64,000 nucleotides of DNA from Mycobacteriales bacterium (GTDB lineage: Bacteria > Actinomycetota > Actinomycetes > Mycobacteriales > SCTD01). The position numbers were made by a program, and so were the translations under genes. This document shows positions 7,666-17,560 of this stretch, piece by piece. Position 1 is the stretch's first letter. The number at the start of each line of letters is the position of its first letter. A model generated the notes under the pieces. It searched no databases and was not told the DNA's origin. It saw only the letters and a program-made list of their open reading frames with translations. The DNA is taken from the NCBI GenBank assembly GCA_046593925.1, contig JBKJQN010000097.1, positions 6,273 through 70,272 on the forward strand, in the 5' to 3' direction.

Positions 7666-10119
7666 TCAGCCACCGCCGCGCATGACGGTGAGCACGCTCT
7701 CGACCTCCTCGGGGCGGATCAGGACGTCGCGGGCCTTGCTGCCCTCCGACGGCCCGACCACCCCGCGGCTCTCCATCAGGTCCATCAGCCGGCCGGCCTT
7801 GGCGAACCCGACGCGCAGCTTGCGCTGCAGCATCGACGTCGACCCGAACTGCGTCGATACGACGAGCTCGACGGCCTGGCACAGCAGGTCGAGGTCGTCG
7901 CCGATGTCCTCGTCGACCGCTTTGCGGGCGACCACGACCGCGACGTCCTCGCGGAACGCCGGCCGGCGCTGACCCCTGACGTGCTCGACGACCGCGCTGA
8001 CCTCGGCGTCGGTCACCAGGGCGCCCTGTACGCGGATCGGCTTGCTGGCGCCCATCGGCAGGAACAGCGAGTCGCCCTTACCAATCAGCTTCTCTGCGCC
8101 TGGCTGATCCAGGATGACCTTGCTGTCGGTGCCGGAGCTGGTCGCGAACGCCAGCCGTGACGGGACGTTGGCCTTGATCAAGCCCGTGACGACATCGACG
8201 GACGGCCGCTGCGTGGCGATCACCAGGTGGATGCCGGCGGCCCGGGCGAGCTGGGTGATCCGGACGATGGAGTCCTCGACGTCGCGTGGCGCCACCATCA
8301 TCAGGTCGGCGAGCTCGTCGATGATGACCAGCAGGTACGGGTAGGGCGTGTAGATCCGCTCGCTGTGCTCCGGCGCCACCAGGTCGCCGCGGCGGACCGC
8401 GGCGTTGAAGTCGTCGACGTGCCGGAAGCCGCTCGCCGCGAGGTCGTCGTAGCGCAGGTCCATCTCCCGCACCACCCACTGCAGCGCCTCGGCGGCCTTC
8501 TTCGGGTTGGTGATGATCGGCGTGATGAGGTGCGGGATCCCCTCGTACGCCGTCAGCTCGACGCGCTTGGGGTCGACCAGCACCATCCGCACCTCGTCGG
8601 GGGTGGCCCGGGTCAGGATGCTCACCAGCAGGCTGTTGATGCAGACCGACTTGCCCGCGCCGGTCGCGCCGGCAATCAGGATGTGCGGCGTCTTGGCGAT
8701 GTTGGCGCAGACGAAACCGCCCTCGATGTCCTTGCCCAGGGCAACGAGCATCGGGTGGTGGTCGTCCTGGGCGACCTTGCTGCGCAGGATGTCGCCGAGA
8801 CTGACGTTCTCCCGGTCGGTGTTGGGGATCTCGATGCCGATAGCGCTCTTGCCGGGGATGACGTCGATGATGCGCACGTCGGGGCTCTTCACGGCGTACG
8901 CGATGTTGCGCTGCAGCGTCTTGATCCGCTCGACCTTCACCGCCGGCCCGAGCTCGATCTCGTAGCGGGTGACGGTCGGGCCACGCGAGAAGCCGGTGAC
9001 CCGGGCATCGACCTGGAAGTCCGACAGGACCTGGGACAGTGCCGCGATGACCTCGTCGTTGGCGGCGCTGCGCCGCTTGGGCGGGGTCCCCGCCGCGAGC
9101 AGGTCGGCGGGCGGCAGGACGTAGTCACCCTTCAGGACCAGCTGCTCGGCGACGGGCGGCATCGGCGTGTGCGGTGGGGGCTCGAAGGCCTCGACCTCGG
9201 CCGTGGCGGGCTCCAGCACGACCGGGCTCGAGTCGGCCGGCGGCTCCTGGACCGCCAGGCCGCCCTGCCGGGAGCGCGGGCGGCTGCGCTGCAGCGGGGT
9301 GGCCGGCTCCGCTGTGGTGGCCGGGTCGGCAGCCCGGCGCAGCACGCGGTCGCGCAGGCCGGCGAGCGCCCCGGGCACCTGCTGGACCGGCGTGGCGGTG
9401 ATGACCAGCAGTCCGAACACCGCGAGCAGGAGCAGCACCGGCACCGCGAGCCACGGCGTGAGGGCGGCGGCCAGCGGGTCGCCGAGCAGGAATCCGACGA
9501 CGCCGCCCTTGTCGGTGCGCGGTCGGTCCCCTCGAACCACGTGCAGCACGCCCAGCGCGCCGAGCGCGAGGGCGAGCCAACCGACGACGACACGACCGCG
9601 GCCACCAGGGCCGGCGGGGTGGCGCAGGACGTGCCAGGCGCCGAGGGCCAGCAGCGGTGGGAGCAGCAGCGAGCCCCGGCCGAGCACGGCGGCTAGGCCG
9701 GTGGCGACCGCGCTTCCGGCGCCGCCGGCGTGCCACCAGGCACCCCCGGCGGCGACCAGGGCACCGGCCAAGAGCAGCAGACCGAGACCGTCGCGCCGGT
9801 GCGCGGGGTCGAGGTCGCGGGCACCCCCGGTGGCGGCCCGCACGGCGCTACCGACACCGCTGGCGAGCAACCTCCAGGTACCGGCGAGCACGCGCAGCAG
9901 CCCCGCCAGGACGCTCGCTGCGAGCCCGCGGCGGGCACTCCGGGCACCGGGCCGACGAGATGCCGGTCGGGTCGCCGGGACCTTCCCCCCGCGAGCCTGC
10001 CTGCCGCGACCCTGCTTGCTCGGAGCCGGCTTCGAGGGGGCGGTCTTCCTTGCCGGCGGCACCCGCGTCGAACCGCTGCCGGAGCGGGCGCGGGGTGGCG
10101 CGGGTGAGCGGGAGGCCAT
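7666..10119 (-). CDS. ftsK: DNA translocase FtsK
   Basis: N-terminal TM segments, a Pro/Ala linker, a motor domain with Walker A (GATGAGKSVCIN), and a gamma winged-helix C-terminus (GSTSMLQRKLRVGFAKAGRLMD). The start was reset to ATG 10119 (MASRSPAPP). The upstream part of the 1162-aa track ORF overlaps rnj. Confidence 0.95.
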   Translation of the reverse strand: MASRSPAPPRARSGSGSTRVPPARKTAPSKPAPSKQGRGRQARGGKVPATRPASRRPGARSARRGLAASVLAGLLRVLAGTWRLLASGVGSAVRAATGGARDLDPAHRRDGLGLLLLAGALVAAGGAWWHAGGAGSAVATGLAAVLGRGSLLLPPLLALGAWHVLRHPAGPGGRGRVVVGWLALALGALGVLHVVRGDRPRTDKGGVVGFLLGDPLAAALTPWLAVPVLLLLAVFGLLVITATPVQQVPGALAGLRDRVLRRAADPATTAEPATPLQRSRPRSRQGGLAVQEPPADSSPVVLEPATAEVEAFEPPPHTPMPPVAEQLVLKGDYVLPPADLLAAGTPPKRRSAANDEVIAALSQVLSDFQVDARVTGFSRGPTVTRYEIELGPAVKVERIKTLQRNIAYAVKSPDVRIIDVIPGKSAIGIEIPNTDRENVSLGDILRSKVAQDDHHPMLVALGKDIEGGFVCANIAKTPHILIAGATGAGKSVCINSLLVSILTRATPDEVRMVLVDPKRVELTAYEGIPHLITPIITNPKKAAEALQWVVREMDLRYDDLAASGFRHVDDFNAAVRRGDLVAPEHSERIYTPYPYLLVIIDELADLMMVAPRDVEDSIVRITQLARAAGIHLVIATQRPSVDVVTGLIKANVPSRLAFATSSGTDSKVILDQPGAEKLIGKGDSLFLPMGASKPIRVQGALVTDAEVSAVVEHVRGQRRPAFREDVAVVVARKAVDEDIGDDLDLLCQAVELVVSTQFGSTSMLQRKLRVGFAKAGRLMDLMESRGVVGPSEGSKARDVLIRPEEVESVLTVMRGGG

Positions 10120-10181
10120 GTGCCGGACGGTACCGCCCGGGTGCGACACGAAGCGTCTGCCGAGCGCCGGACACGCCGCGC

Positions 10182-11870
10182 TCAGACCTCGATGACCACC
10201 GGGATGATCATCGGTCGGCGGCGGTAGGTGTCGTTGACCCACCGGCCGACGACGCGGCGTACCAGGTGCGCGACGGCGTGCACGTCGCTGACGCCCTCGC
10301 GGGCGCCGCCGTCGAGCTCGGCCTCGATCAGCGCCTTCACCGGGTCGAAGGCCCGCGGGTCGTCGGAGAAGCCCCTGGCCGCGATCTGCGGGCCACCTGC
10401 GACCTTGCCGGTGACCGCGTCGATGGCCACCGTGACGGAGATGAAGCCCTCGTCCCCGAGGATCCGGCGGTCCTTCAGGGTCACCTCGCTGACGTCGCCG
10501 ACCTCGAGGCCGTCCACGTAGACGTAGCCGCACGGCACGGCGCCGACGATCGCGGCCTTGCCGTCGACCAAGTCGACGACCACGCCGTCCTCGGCGAGCA
10601 CGATCCGCTCCTCGGGTACGCCGGTCAGCCGGCCGAGGGCGGCGTGCGCGCGCAGGTGCCGCCACTCGCCGTGCACCGGCATGAGGTTGCTGGGGCGTAC
10701 GGCGTTGAGCAGGTAGAGCAGCTCGCCCGCGGGCGCATGCCCCGACACGTGCACCTTCGCGACACCCTTGTGGACGACCCGGGCGCCCCAGCGGGACAGT
10801 CCGTTGATCACCCGGTAGACGGCGTTCTCGTTGCCCGGGATGAGCGAGGAGGCCAGCACAACCGTGTCGTGGGCCTCGATCCGGATCTGATGGTGGCTGC
10901 GGTTGGCCATCCGCGACAGCGCCGACAGCGGTTCGCCCTGCGAGCCGGTCGACACCAGCACGACGCGGTTGTCCGGCAGCGACTCGATGTCCTTCATGTC
11001 GACCATCAGACCGGGCGGGACGCGCAGCAGGCCCAGGTCGCGGGCGACCCCCATGTTGCGCACCATCGAGCGGCCGACGAACGCGACGTGCCGACCGTGC
11101 CGGTCGGCGGCGTCCAGGACCTGCTGCACGCGGTGCACGTGACTGGCGAAGCACGCGACGATGACCCGACCCTGCGAGGTGCGCACGACGTCGTCGACGA
11201 CCGGGCCGATCTCGCGTTCAGGGGTGACGAAGCCCGGCACCTCGGCGTTGGTGGAGTCCGAGAGCAGCAGGTCGACACCCTCGCGGCCGAGCCGCGCGAA
11301 ACCGCCGAGGTCGGTGAGCCGGCCGTCGAGCGGCAGCTGGTCCATCTTGAAGTCGCCGGTGTGCAGCACGATCCCGGCGTCGGTACGGATCGCGACCGCC
11401 AGCGCGTCGGGGATCGAGTGGTTGACCGCGAAGAACTCCAACCCGAACGGCCCGACCTGCAGCACCTGCTCCTCGCGTACCTCGCGCAGCACCGGGGTGA
11501 TGCGGTGCTCGCGCAGCTTGGCCTCGAGCAGCGCCAGGGTGAACCGGCTGCCGATGATCGGCAGGTCGCGCCGCTCGCGCAGCAGGTACGGCACCGCGCC
11601 CAGGTGGTCCTCGTGGCCGTGGGTGAGCACGACGGCCTCGATGTCAGCCAGCCGCTCCCGGATGTAGGAGAAGTCCGGCAGGATCAGGTCGATGCCGGGC
11701 TGCTCCTCCTCCGGGAACAGCACGCCGCAGTCGACGACCAGCAGTCGGCCGGCGTGCTCGAATACCGTCATGTTGCGGCCGATCTCGGCCAGGCCCCCGA
11801 GTGCGACGACCCGCAGGCCGCCGGCGGGCAGCGCCGGAGGCGGGCCGAGGTCGGGATGCGGGTGGCTCAT
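10182..11870 (-). CDS. rnj: Ribonuclease J
   Basis: Metallo-beta-lactamase/beta-CASP fold: LGGLAEIGRNMTVFE, HGHEDHLGAVPYLL, HVSGHAPAGEL. ATGA overlap with the dapA stop. Confidence 0.95.
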   Translation of the reverse strand: MSHPHPDLGPPPALPAGGLRVVALGGLAEIGRNMTVFEHAGRLLVVDCGVLFPEEEQPGIDLILPDFSYIRERLADIEAVVLTHGHEDHLGAVPYLLRERRDLPIIGSRFTLALLEAKLREHRITPVLREVREEQVLQVGPFGLEFFAVNHSIPDALAVAIRTDAGIVLHTGDFKMDQLPLDGRLTDLGGFARLGREGVDLLLSDSTNAEVPGFVTPEREIGPVVDDVVRTSQGRVIVACFASHVHRVQQVLDAADRHGRHVAFVGRSMVRNMGVARDLGLLRVPPGLMVDMKDIESLPDNRVVLVSTGSQGEPLSALSRMANRSHHQIRIEAHDTVVLASSLIPGNENAVYRVINGLSRWGARVVHKGVAKVHVSGHAPAGELLYLLNAVRPSNLMPVHGEWRHLRAHAALGRLTGVPEERIVLAEDGVVVDLVDGKAAIVGAVPCGYVYVDGLEVGDVSEVTLKDRRILGDEGFISVTVAIDAVTGKVAGGPQIAARGFSDDPRAFDPVKALIEAELDGGAREGVSDVHAVAHLVRRVVGRWVNDTYRRRPMIIPVVIEV

Positions 11871-12769
11871 CCGAGCACGCCCCGGAGATCATTTTTGAGC
11901 ACGTTGACCTGCTCCTCGGTGGCGTCGACGAGCGGCAGCCGCACGGGCCCGACAGGCAGACCGAGCAGCCCGAGGGCCGCCTTCGCGAGGATGACACCCT
12001 GGGTGCGGAACATGCCGGTGTAGACCGGCTGCAGGGAGCGGTTGAGGGCCCGGGCGCGTTCGACGTCGCCTGCGTTGTACGCCCGCACGAGCTGGACCAG
12101 TTGCGGGGTCACCACGTGGCTGGCCACGCTCACCACGCCTACCGCACCGACCGCGAGCTGCGGCAGATTCAGTGCGTCGGTGCCGCAGTAGACCGCGAGG
12201 TCGACCTCGGCGAGGAGCCGCGCGGTCGCCGCCAGGTCATCCTTGGCGTCCTTCAGCGCGACCACCTGCGGGTGCCCGGCCAGCCGCACCAGCACTTCGT
12301 GCGACAGCGCGCGCCCGGTGCGACCGGGGATGTCGTACAGCATCACCGGCAGGTCGGTGGCCGAAGCCGTGTGCTCGAAGTGGGCGACCAGCCCGGCATC
12401 CGGGGGTCGCGAGTAGTACGGCGTGACGGACAGCAGGCCGGTCGCCCCGGCCTTCGCTGCGTCCTGGGCGAGCTCGACGGTCTGGGCGGTGTCGTTGGTA
12501 CCGACACCGGCGAGCACGTGGGCCCGGTCGCCGACCGCGTCGACGACAGCGCGCACGAGGTCGGCCTTCTCCTGCCGGGTCGTCGTCGCCGCCTCCCCCG
12601 TCGTGCCGTTGACCACCAGGCCGTCGTTGCCCTGGTCGACCAGCCGCACTGCAAGCAGCCCGGCGGTCGCCAGGTCGAGCTCGCCGGCAGCGGTGAACGG
12701 CGTGACCATCGCGGTCAGTACCCGGCCGAAGGGGGTCTCCATCCCCATCTCACCTGGCTGCACGGTCAT
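11867..12769 (-). CDS. dapA: 4-hydroxy-tetrahydrodipicolinate synthase
   Basis: LTAMVTPFT...GLVVNGTTGEAATTT...YYSRPP...LYDIPGRTG...VALKDAKDD. The start is either ATG 12769 or the track start 12787. Confidence 0.93.
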   Translation of the reverse strand: MTVQPGEMGMETPFGRVLTAMVTPFTAAGELDLATAGLLAVRLVDQGNDGLVVNGTTGEAATTTRQEKADLVRAVVDAVGDRAHVLAGVGTNDTAQTVELAQDAAKAGATGLLSVTPYYSRPPDAGLVAHFEHTASATDLPVMLYDIPGRTGRALSHEVLVRLAGHPQVVALKDAKDDLAATARLLAEVDLAVYCGTDALNLPQLAVGAVGVVSVASHVVTPQLVQLVRAYNAGDVERARALNRSLQPVYTGMFRTQGVILAKAALGLLGLPVGPVRLPLVDATEEQVNVLKNDLRGVLG

Positions 12770-12819
12770 GTCGGCAAGGCTACCCACCGACGCTCAACGG
12801 AGCCGCCACGGACGCCCGC

Positions 12820-13572
12820 TCAGCCCGCGCCGACCAGCGGGCTGCCGGCAACCTCGGTGCCGTCGGGCAGGGTGCTGATGGTGAAGTCCGCGAACACGTG
12901 GGGAGCGACCCGCTGCAGCTCTCGCAGGACAGCGACCGCGAGCTCCCGGATCTCGACGTCGGCGTGCTCGCTGGCCCGCATCCCCACGAAGTGCCGCATG
13001 GCGCGGTAGTTGCCGGTGACGACGATCCGGGTCTCGGTGGCGTTCGGCAGCACCGCCCTGGCCGCCTGGCGGGCCTGCTTGCGGCGACTGGTGACGTCCT
13101 CGACATCGGCGAACTTCTTCTCCAGCCCCTCCAGGAGTCGCGTGTACGACGCAAGAGCCGCGTCGCTCGCGTCCTCGAACAACGCGTGCAGCTCCGGGTC
13201 CTCGGCGATCACGGCCGGCTCCACCATCGCGGCGTCGCGCTCCGGGACATACCGCTGGGAGAGCTGGCTGTACGAAAAGTGCCGGTGCCGGATCAGCTCG
13301 TGGGTGAGCGAGCGGCTGATGCCCGTGAGGTAGAAGGTGACGCTGCCGTGCTCCAGCACGGACAGGTGGCCGACATCCAGGATGTGCTGCAGGTAGCCGG
13401 CGTTGGTCGCGGTGGCCGGGTTGGGCTTGCGCCAGGACTGGTAGCAGGCCCGGCCGGCGAACTCGGCGAGCGCCTGGCCGCCTTCGGCGTCGGTCTCCCA
13501 GGGCACCCCGGCGGGCGGCTCGAAGTGTGTGTAGCCGATGACCTGGACCGAGAGCGGGGCGAGGGTGGGCAC
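12820..13572 (-). CDS. thyX: FAD-dependent thymidylate synthase ThyX
   Basis: ThyX signature [14 protein letters not shown], and collinear with the remembered Mtb ThyX. The start was trimmed to GTG 13572 ([15 protein letters not shown]), giving 250 aa, the family-typical length. Confidence 0.93.
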   Translation of the reverse strand: MPTLAPLSVQVIGYTHFEPPAGVPWETDAEGGQALAEFAGRACYQSWRKPNPATATNAGYLQHILDVGHLSVLEHGSVTFYLTGISRSLTHELIRHRHFSYSQLSQRYVPERDAAMVEPAVIAEDPELHALFEDASDAALASYTRLLEGLEKKFADVEDVTSRRKQARQAARAVLPNATETRIVVTGNYRAMRHFVGMRASEHADVEIRELAVAVLRELQRVAPHVFADFTISTLPDGTEVAGSPLVGAG

Positions 13573-13691
13573 GTGGGTCTCCGAGCCGTACGGGGGGCGC
13601 CGCGGTCTTGGGGAAGACGGCAGCGCGAGGGTAACCGGGACCGGCGGCTCGGCCACCGCGGCGCGCGGATGCCGGGTCGGGTCGGGCGGCG

Positions 13692-14215
13692 TCAGGCCTC
13701 GCCGAACGGCAGGACATCCGGCCAGCCGGGGTACTGGACCCCCGGGCGCCGGCGGGTCCTGCTGCCAGGGCCAGCACGAGATCCGGAAGGCCGCCGCAGC
13801 CCGGTCGACCTCGACGATCCCGTAGCCCCCTCGCTTCAGGTGCCGTTGCTATCGGAGTCCCGACATCGGCTGGTTGGTCGGGGCGGTCCGCACGCAGGCA
13901 AAGCCGTTCTGGGTCAGGCAGATGTTCGGCTGGGCGGGGTGCATCCTTGCCGGCGCGCCAGGAACGCCTCCTGCCGGGCCCCAGCAGGTCCCGCGGCTCC
14001 GGCGGCTTGTTGCCCGCCGGGTCCCGGCCGTACCTGTTCGTATTCTTAAACCCGCGGTCCTCCGGTACCGCGAAGCTGACCCCGCCCTAGCTGAAGGCGC
14101 AGTAGTCGACCGAGATCCCCTGCAGGACAACAGGGCACGCCCGCTCACACCGGTCATGTCGGCAGCGTGCCGCACAATCACGACAACGACGGTGGACGGA
14201 CCTCCGCCTCGGCAG
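13692..14215 (-). pseudogene. Decayed PhoD-like (alkaline phosphatase D family) metallophosphatase remnant, C-terminal part
   Basis: High-GC3 segments occur in three minus-strand frames, in family order: ...CPVVLQGISVDYCAFS-TAG-GGVSFAVPEDRGFKNTNRYGRDPAGNKPPEPRDLLGP / RQEAFLARR / HPAQPNICLTQNGFACVRTAPTNQ / [29 protein letters not shown] / [18 protein letters not shown](13692). There is an in-frame TAG at 14087-14089 and at least 3 frameshifts. The N-terminal two thirds are missing. The 5' limit is approximate. Confidence 0.55.
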
Positions 14216-14271
14216 CCCGGTCCCGGTCGCCCCGACCGGGCCGACCGCTCAGCAGGAGGTATGAAGGCCGC

Positions 14272-16176
14272 ATGACCGGGACCATCGACCTGCTCAAGCG
14301 CGCGTTCATCGGGCGAGCCGTCGCGAGCAACCGACTGGGCGAGACACTGCTGCCCAAGAAGATCGCGCTCCCGGTGTTCTGCTCGGACCCGATCTCGTCC
14401 GTCGCGTACGCGACGGAGCAGATCGTGCTGGTGCTGGGCGCCGCCGGTGCCGCCTCGTTCCTGGGCCTGGCCGCGCCGATCGCGCTGGCCGTCGCGCTGC
14501 TGCTCGCCATCGTCGTCGCGTCGTACCGGCAGACCTGTTTCGCCTACCCCAGCGGCGGCGGCGCCTACATCGTCAGCAAGGAGAACCTGGGAGAGCGGGC
14601 GGCGCTGACAGCGGCCGCCGCGCTGCTGGTGGACTACGTGATGACCGTCGCGGTCTCGGTCGTCTCCGGCGTCGTGGCCATCACCTCGGCGGTCACGTCG
14701 CTGGCGCCGCATGCCGTCGCGCTGTCGGTCGGCTTCGTCGTGCTGCTCGCGGTGGTCAACCTGCGTGGCACCCGCGAGTCCGGCACCGCCTTTGCCTTCC
14801 CGACCTACGCCTTCGTGGCGTTGACCTTCCTGCTGCTGGCCAGCGGGCTCTACCGGGCGCTCACCGGCGGTATCCCCGACGCCGAGAGCGCGACGCTGCC
14901 GCTGGAGCGGACCGCGCACATCGGCGGCGTGTTCACGCTGCTGCTGTGCCTGCGCGCCTTCGCCTCCGGCTGCACGGCCCTGACCGGGGTCGAGGCCATC
15001 AGCAACGGCGTGCCCGCCTTCAAGAAGCCCAAGAGCAAGAACGCCGCCACCACCCTGTTGATCATGGGCGCCCTGGCGATCTCGCTATTCAGCGGGATCA
15101 CGGCACTCGCCCTGGCCACCGGGGCGCGGGCCCACCCCGACGGCAACCCTTCGGTCATCAGCCAGATTGCACAGGCCGTCTGGGGCCGCAGCCTGCTGTT
15201 CTTCGCCTTCCAGGCGGCGACCGCCGCCATCCTCATCCTGGCGGCGAACACCGCCTTCAATGGCTTCCCGACCCTCGCCTCGATCCTGGCCCGCGACCGC
15301 TTCCTGCCCCGTCAGCTGCACAACCGGGGCGACCGGCTCGCGTACAGCAACGGCATCGTGCTGCTGGCCGCAATCTCCATCGCCCTGATCGTCGGTTTCC
15401 AGGCCAACATCGAGAAGCTCATCCAGCTGTACATCATCGGTGTGTTCACGTCCTTCACGCTTTCGCAGTCGGGCATGGTCCGGCACTGGCGCACCGAGCT
15501 GGCCCGCACCACCGACAGCGCCCGCCGCACAGCCATCCGACGCTCCCAGGCGATCAACGGCACCGGCGCCGCGGTCACCGGCCTGGTCCTGATCATCGTG
15601 GTGCGGTACAAGTTCCTGGCCGGCGCCTATCTCGCCATCGGCGCCATGATCGCGCTGTTCTTCCTGATGGTCGCCATCCGCAAGCACTACGACTCCGTCG
15701 CCGTCGAGCTGGCGCCGGAGGGCATCGTGCCGCTGCCCAGCCGCAACCACGCCATCGTGCTGGTCAGCAAGATCCATTCACCGACGCTGCGGGCGCTGGC
15801 GTACGCGAAGGCCACCAAGCCGCACGACCTGGTCGCCCTGACGGTCGCGGTCAGCGACGAGGAAAGCAGCCAGCTGCAGCAGGAGTGGGCCGCCATGGGC
15901 ATCGAGGTGCCGCTAGTCATCGTGGCGTCTCCGTACCGTGACGTGACCCGTCCGGTGCTCGACTACGTCGCCAACATCCGCCGGTTGAGCCCGCGCGACG
16001 TCGTGACGGTCTACATCCCGGAGTACGTCGTCGGGCACTGGTGGGAACAGCTGCTGCACAACCAGAGCGCGCTCAGGCTGAAGTCCCGGCTGCTCTACCA
16101 GCCCGGAGTCATGGTCACCTCGGTCCCCTACCAGCTGCGCTCGTCGCGTGAGCGGCCCGACCTGCCCGTCAGCTGA
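14272..16176 (+). CDS. APC-superfamily amino acid/polyamine permease with C-terminal cytoplasmic domain
   Basis: About 12 predicted TM helices: ALPVFCSDPISSVAYATEQI, GGGAYIVSKENLG, GVEAISNGVPAFKKPKSKNAA. ATG at 14272 with AGGAGG 12 nt upstream. The upstream 35 codons of the track ORF were dropped. Confidence 0.85.
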   Translation: MTGTIDLLKRAFIGRAVASNRLGETLLPKKIALPVFCSDPISSVAYATEQIVLVLGAAGAASFLGLAAPIALAVALLLAIVVASYRQTCFAYPSGGGAYIVSKENLGERAALTAAAALLVDYVMTVAVSVVSGVVAITSAVTSLAPHAVALSVGFVVLLAVVNLRGTRESGTAFAFPTYAFVALTFLLLASGLYRALTGGIPDAESATLPLERTAHIGGVFTLLLCLRAFASGCTALTGVEAISNGVPAFKKPKSKNAATTLLIMGALAISLFSGITALALATGARAHPDGNPSVISQIAQAVWGRSLLFFAFQAATAAILILAANTAFNGFPTLASILARDRFLPRQLHNRGDRLAYSNGIVLLAAISIALIVGFQANIEKLIQLYIIGVFTSFTLSQSGMVRHWRTELARTTDSARRTAIRRSQAINGTGAAVTGLVLIIVVRYKFLAGAYLAIGAMIALFFLMVAIRKHYDSVAVELAPEGIVPLPSRNHAIVLVSKIHSPTLRALAYAKATKPHDLVALTVAVSDEESSQLQQEWAAMGIEVPLVIVASPYRDVTRPVLDYVANIRRLSPRDVVTVYIPEYVVGHWWEQLLHNQSALRLKSRLLYQPGVMVTSVPYQLRSSRERPDLPVS

Positions 16177-17386
16177 CCGGCCCGCGGACCGCCGCAGCCA
16201 GCGCCTCGGCCAGGTCACCGCGCGGCTCGACGGTGACGTCGCCGAGTCCCTGCCAGGCAGCGGCGCGGTGCAGCTCTCCCGCGAGCGCCTCCCCGACTTC
16301 CCCTGCGACCTGGCCGGGCTCCAGCCAGGCGGCGAGCACCCGCAGCAGCCCGCGGGCGCGATCGCTCTTGAGGTCGACCCGGGCGGCGAGGTGCCCGCGA
16401 TGCAGGAACGGCAGGACGTAGTAGCCGTGCACCCGCTTCGCCGCCGGGACGTAGATCTCGATGCGGTAGTCGAATCCGAACAGCCGGCTGGTCCGGGCCC
16501 GCTCCCACACCAGCGGGTCGAACGGCGACAGCAGCGCGCTGGCATCGACCCACCGGGGCACCCTGGCCGCCGGGTGCAGGTAGGCGGGCTGTCGCCAGCC
16601 GGCCACATCGACCGGCAGCAGGGCGCCGTCCTCGACCAGTGAGCGGACCGCGGCGGCCCCCTCGTCGACCCGCAGCCGGAAGTAGTCGCGCAGGTCGCGC
16701 TCGGTCGCGACCCCGTGCGCCCTGGCGGCGAGCAGCACCAGGGCGCGCTGCGCGTCCTCCCGCGACGGCGTCGGCTGCGCGAGGACGGCCGCCGGCAGGA
16801 CCCGCTCGGTCAGGTCGTACAGCCGCTCGAAGGACCGGCGCGAGGACGTCGTGACCCGCCCTGCCCAGAACAGGTACTCAAGGGCCAGCTTGGTGCTGTC
16901 CCAGGACCACCAGCTGCCGTCCCGGCGCGGTCCATCGCGCAGCGCGCCGGCACCCACCGGGCCCTGCTCGCGGACCCTGCGGAGTACCTCGGCGACGAAC
17001 TCCGGTCGCTCGCGCATCACCCGCAGCGAACCTCCCCAGCCCTCCTCGAGCGACTCGGCACGCGCCATCCGCCAGCGCAGCAGCGGGTGCAGCCCGACCG
17101 GCAGCAGCGACGCCTCGTGCCCCCAGTACTCGAACAGCTCGCGGCGCCGGAAGGCCAGGTCGGCGACGAGCCCGGTGTCGTACGGCCCCAGCCGGCTGAA
17201 CAGCGGCAGGTAGTGGGCGCGCTCGAAGACGTTGACCGAGTCGACCTGCAGCAGGTGGGTGCGCCCGAGCACCCGCCGGACGTGCCGGGACGTCACCGGC
17301 CCGGTCGGCGCCGGGTCGGCGAAACCCTGCGCCGCCAGCGCAACCCGCCTCGCCGCGGCCGCGCTCAGGCGCTCCGGCACGACCAC
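16169..17386 (-). CDS. YcaQ/AlkZ-like winged-helix DNA glycosylase (DUF1006 family)
   Basis: 405 aa: RRVALAAQGFADP...HLLQVDSVNVFERAHYLPLFSRLGPY...ELFEYWGHEASLLP. Q47-V48-D49 fits the remembered YcaQ-type Q-phi-D catalytic motif. The 3' end overlaps the permease stop by 8 nt (convergent). Confidence 0.75.
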   Translation of the reverse strand: MVVPERLSAAAARRVALAAQGFADPAPTGPVTSRHVRRVLGRTHLLQVDSVNVFERAHYLPLFSRLGPYDTGLVADLAFRRRELFEYWGHEASLLPVGLHPLLRWRMARAESLEEGWGGSLRVMRERPEFVAEVLRRVREQGPVGAGALRDGPRRDGSWWSWDSTKLALEYLFWAGRVTTSSRRSFERLYDLTERVLPAAVLAQPTPSREDAQRALVLLAARAHGVATERDLRDYFRLRVDEGAAAVRSLVEDGALLPVDVAGWRQPAYLHPAARVPRWVDASALLSPFDPLVWERARTSRLFGFDYRIEIYVPAAKRVHGYYVLPFLHRGHLAARVDLKSDRARGLLRVLAAWLEPGQVAGEVGEALAGELHRAAAWQGLGDVTVEPRGDLAEALAAAVRGPVS

Positions 17387-17389
17387 CTG

Positions 17390-17560
17390 CTACCCGGTGC
17401 GGTAGGGCAGGAACTTGCCGTTGAGGGTGACCACGACCCGGTCACCTGCCGGGTCGGGGCGCCGCCGGCGGGTTGCGGCTGCCTCGGGCCGTACGTCGAG
17501 GTGGAGCCCGACGAGTGTCCGGTGCCCGGGAGGCAGCCGCGGAACGGGCCCACCCGCCAT
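17390..17560 (-). CDS. Small hypothetical protein (56 aa from ATG 17560, or 70 aa from GTG 17602)
   Basis: Its stop lies 3 nt upstream of the YcaQ-like start, and GC3 is moderately high. Translation is MAGGPVPRLPPGHRTLVGLHLDVRPEAAATRRRRPDPAGDRVVVTLNGKFLPYRTG. No family recognised; it could be a further gene fragment. Confidence 0.3.
   Translation of the reverse strand: MAGGPVPRLPPGHRTLVGLHLDVRPEAAATRRRRPDPAGDRVVVTLNGKFLPYRTG

Noticed and set aside
10120-11154. 345-codon N-terminal extension of the ftsK ORF (track start 11154)
   Set aside because: It overlaps most of rnj in another frame and is Arg/Gly/Pro-rich nonsense. The FtsK N-terminus (MASRSPAPP..., followed by TM helices) starts at ATG 10119.
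8227-12023. Plus-strand ORFs 8227..9696 (489 aa) and 9657..12023 (788 aa)
   Set aside because: They are antisense shadows of ftsK and rnj with low-complexity R/G/D/V composition. The minus-strand genes have clear family motifs.
14261-14275. Five-codon uORF (ATG AAG GCC GCA TGA, MKAA) overlapping the permease ATG
   Set aside because: AGGAGG is only 1 nt from this ATG, which is too close. The uORF is tiny and is explained by chance around a real SD/start.
13849-14919. 356-aa minus-strand ORF overlapping the APC permease start
   Set aside because: It is antisense to a well-supported permease gene. Only its last approximately 30 codons carry coding-like signal, and those belong to the PhoD-like remnant.
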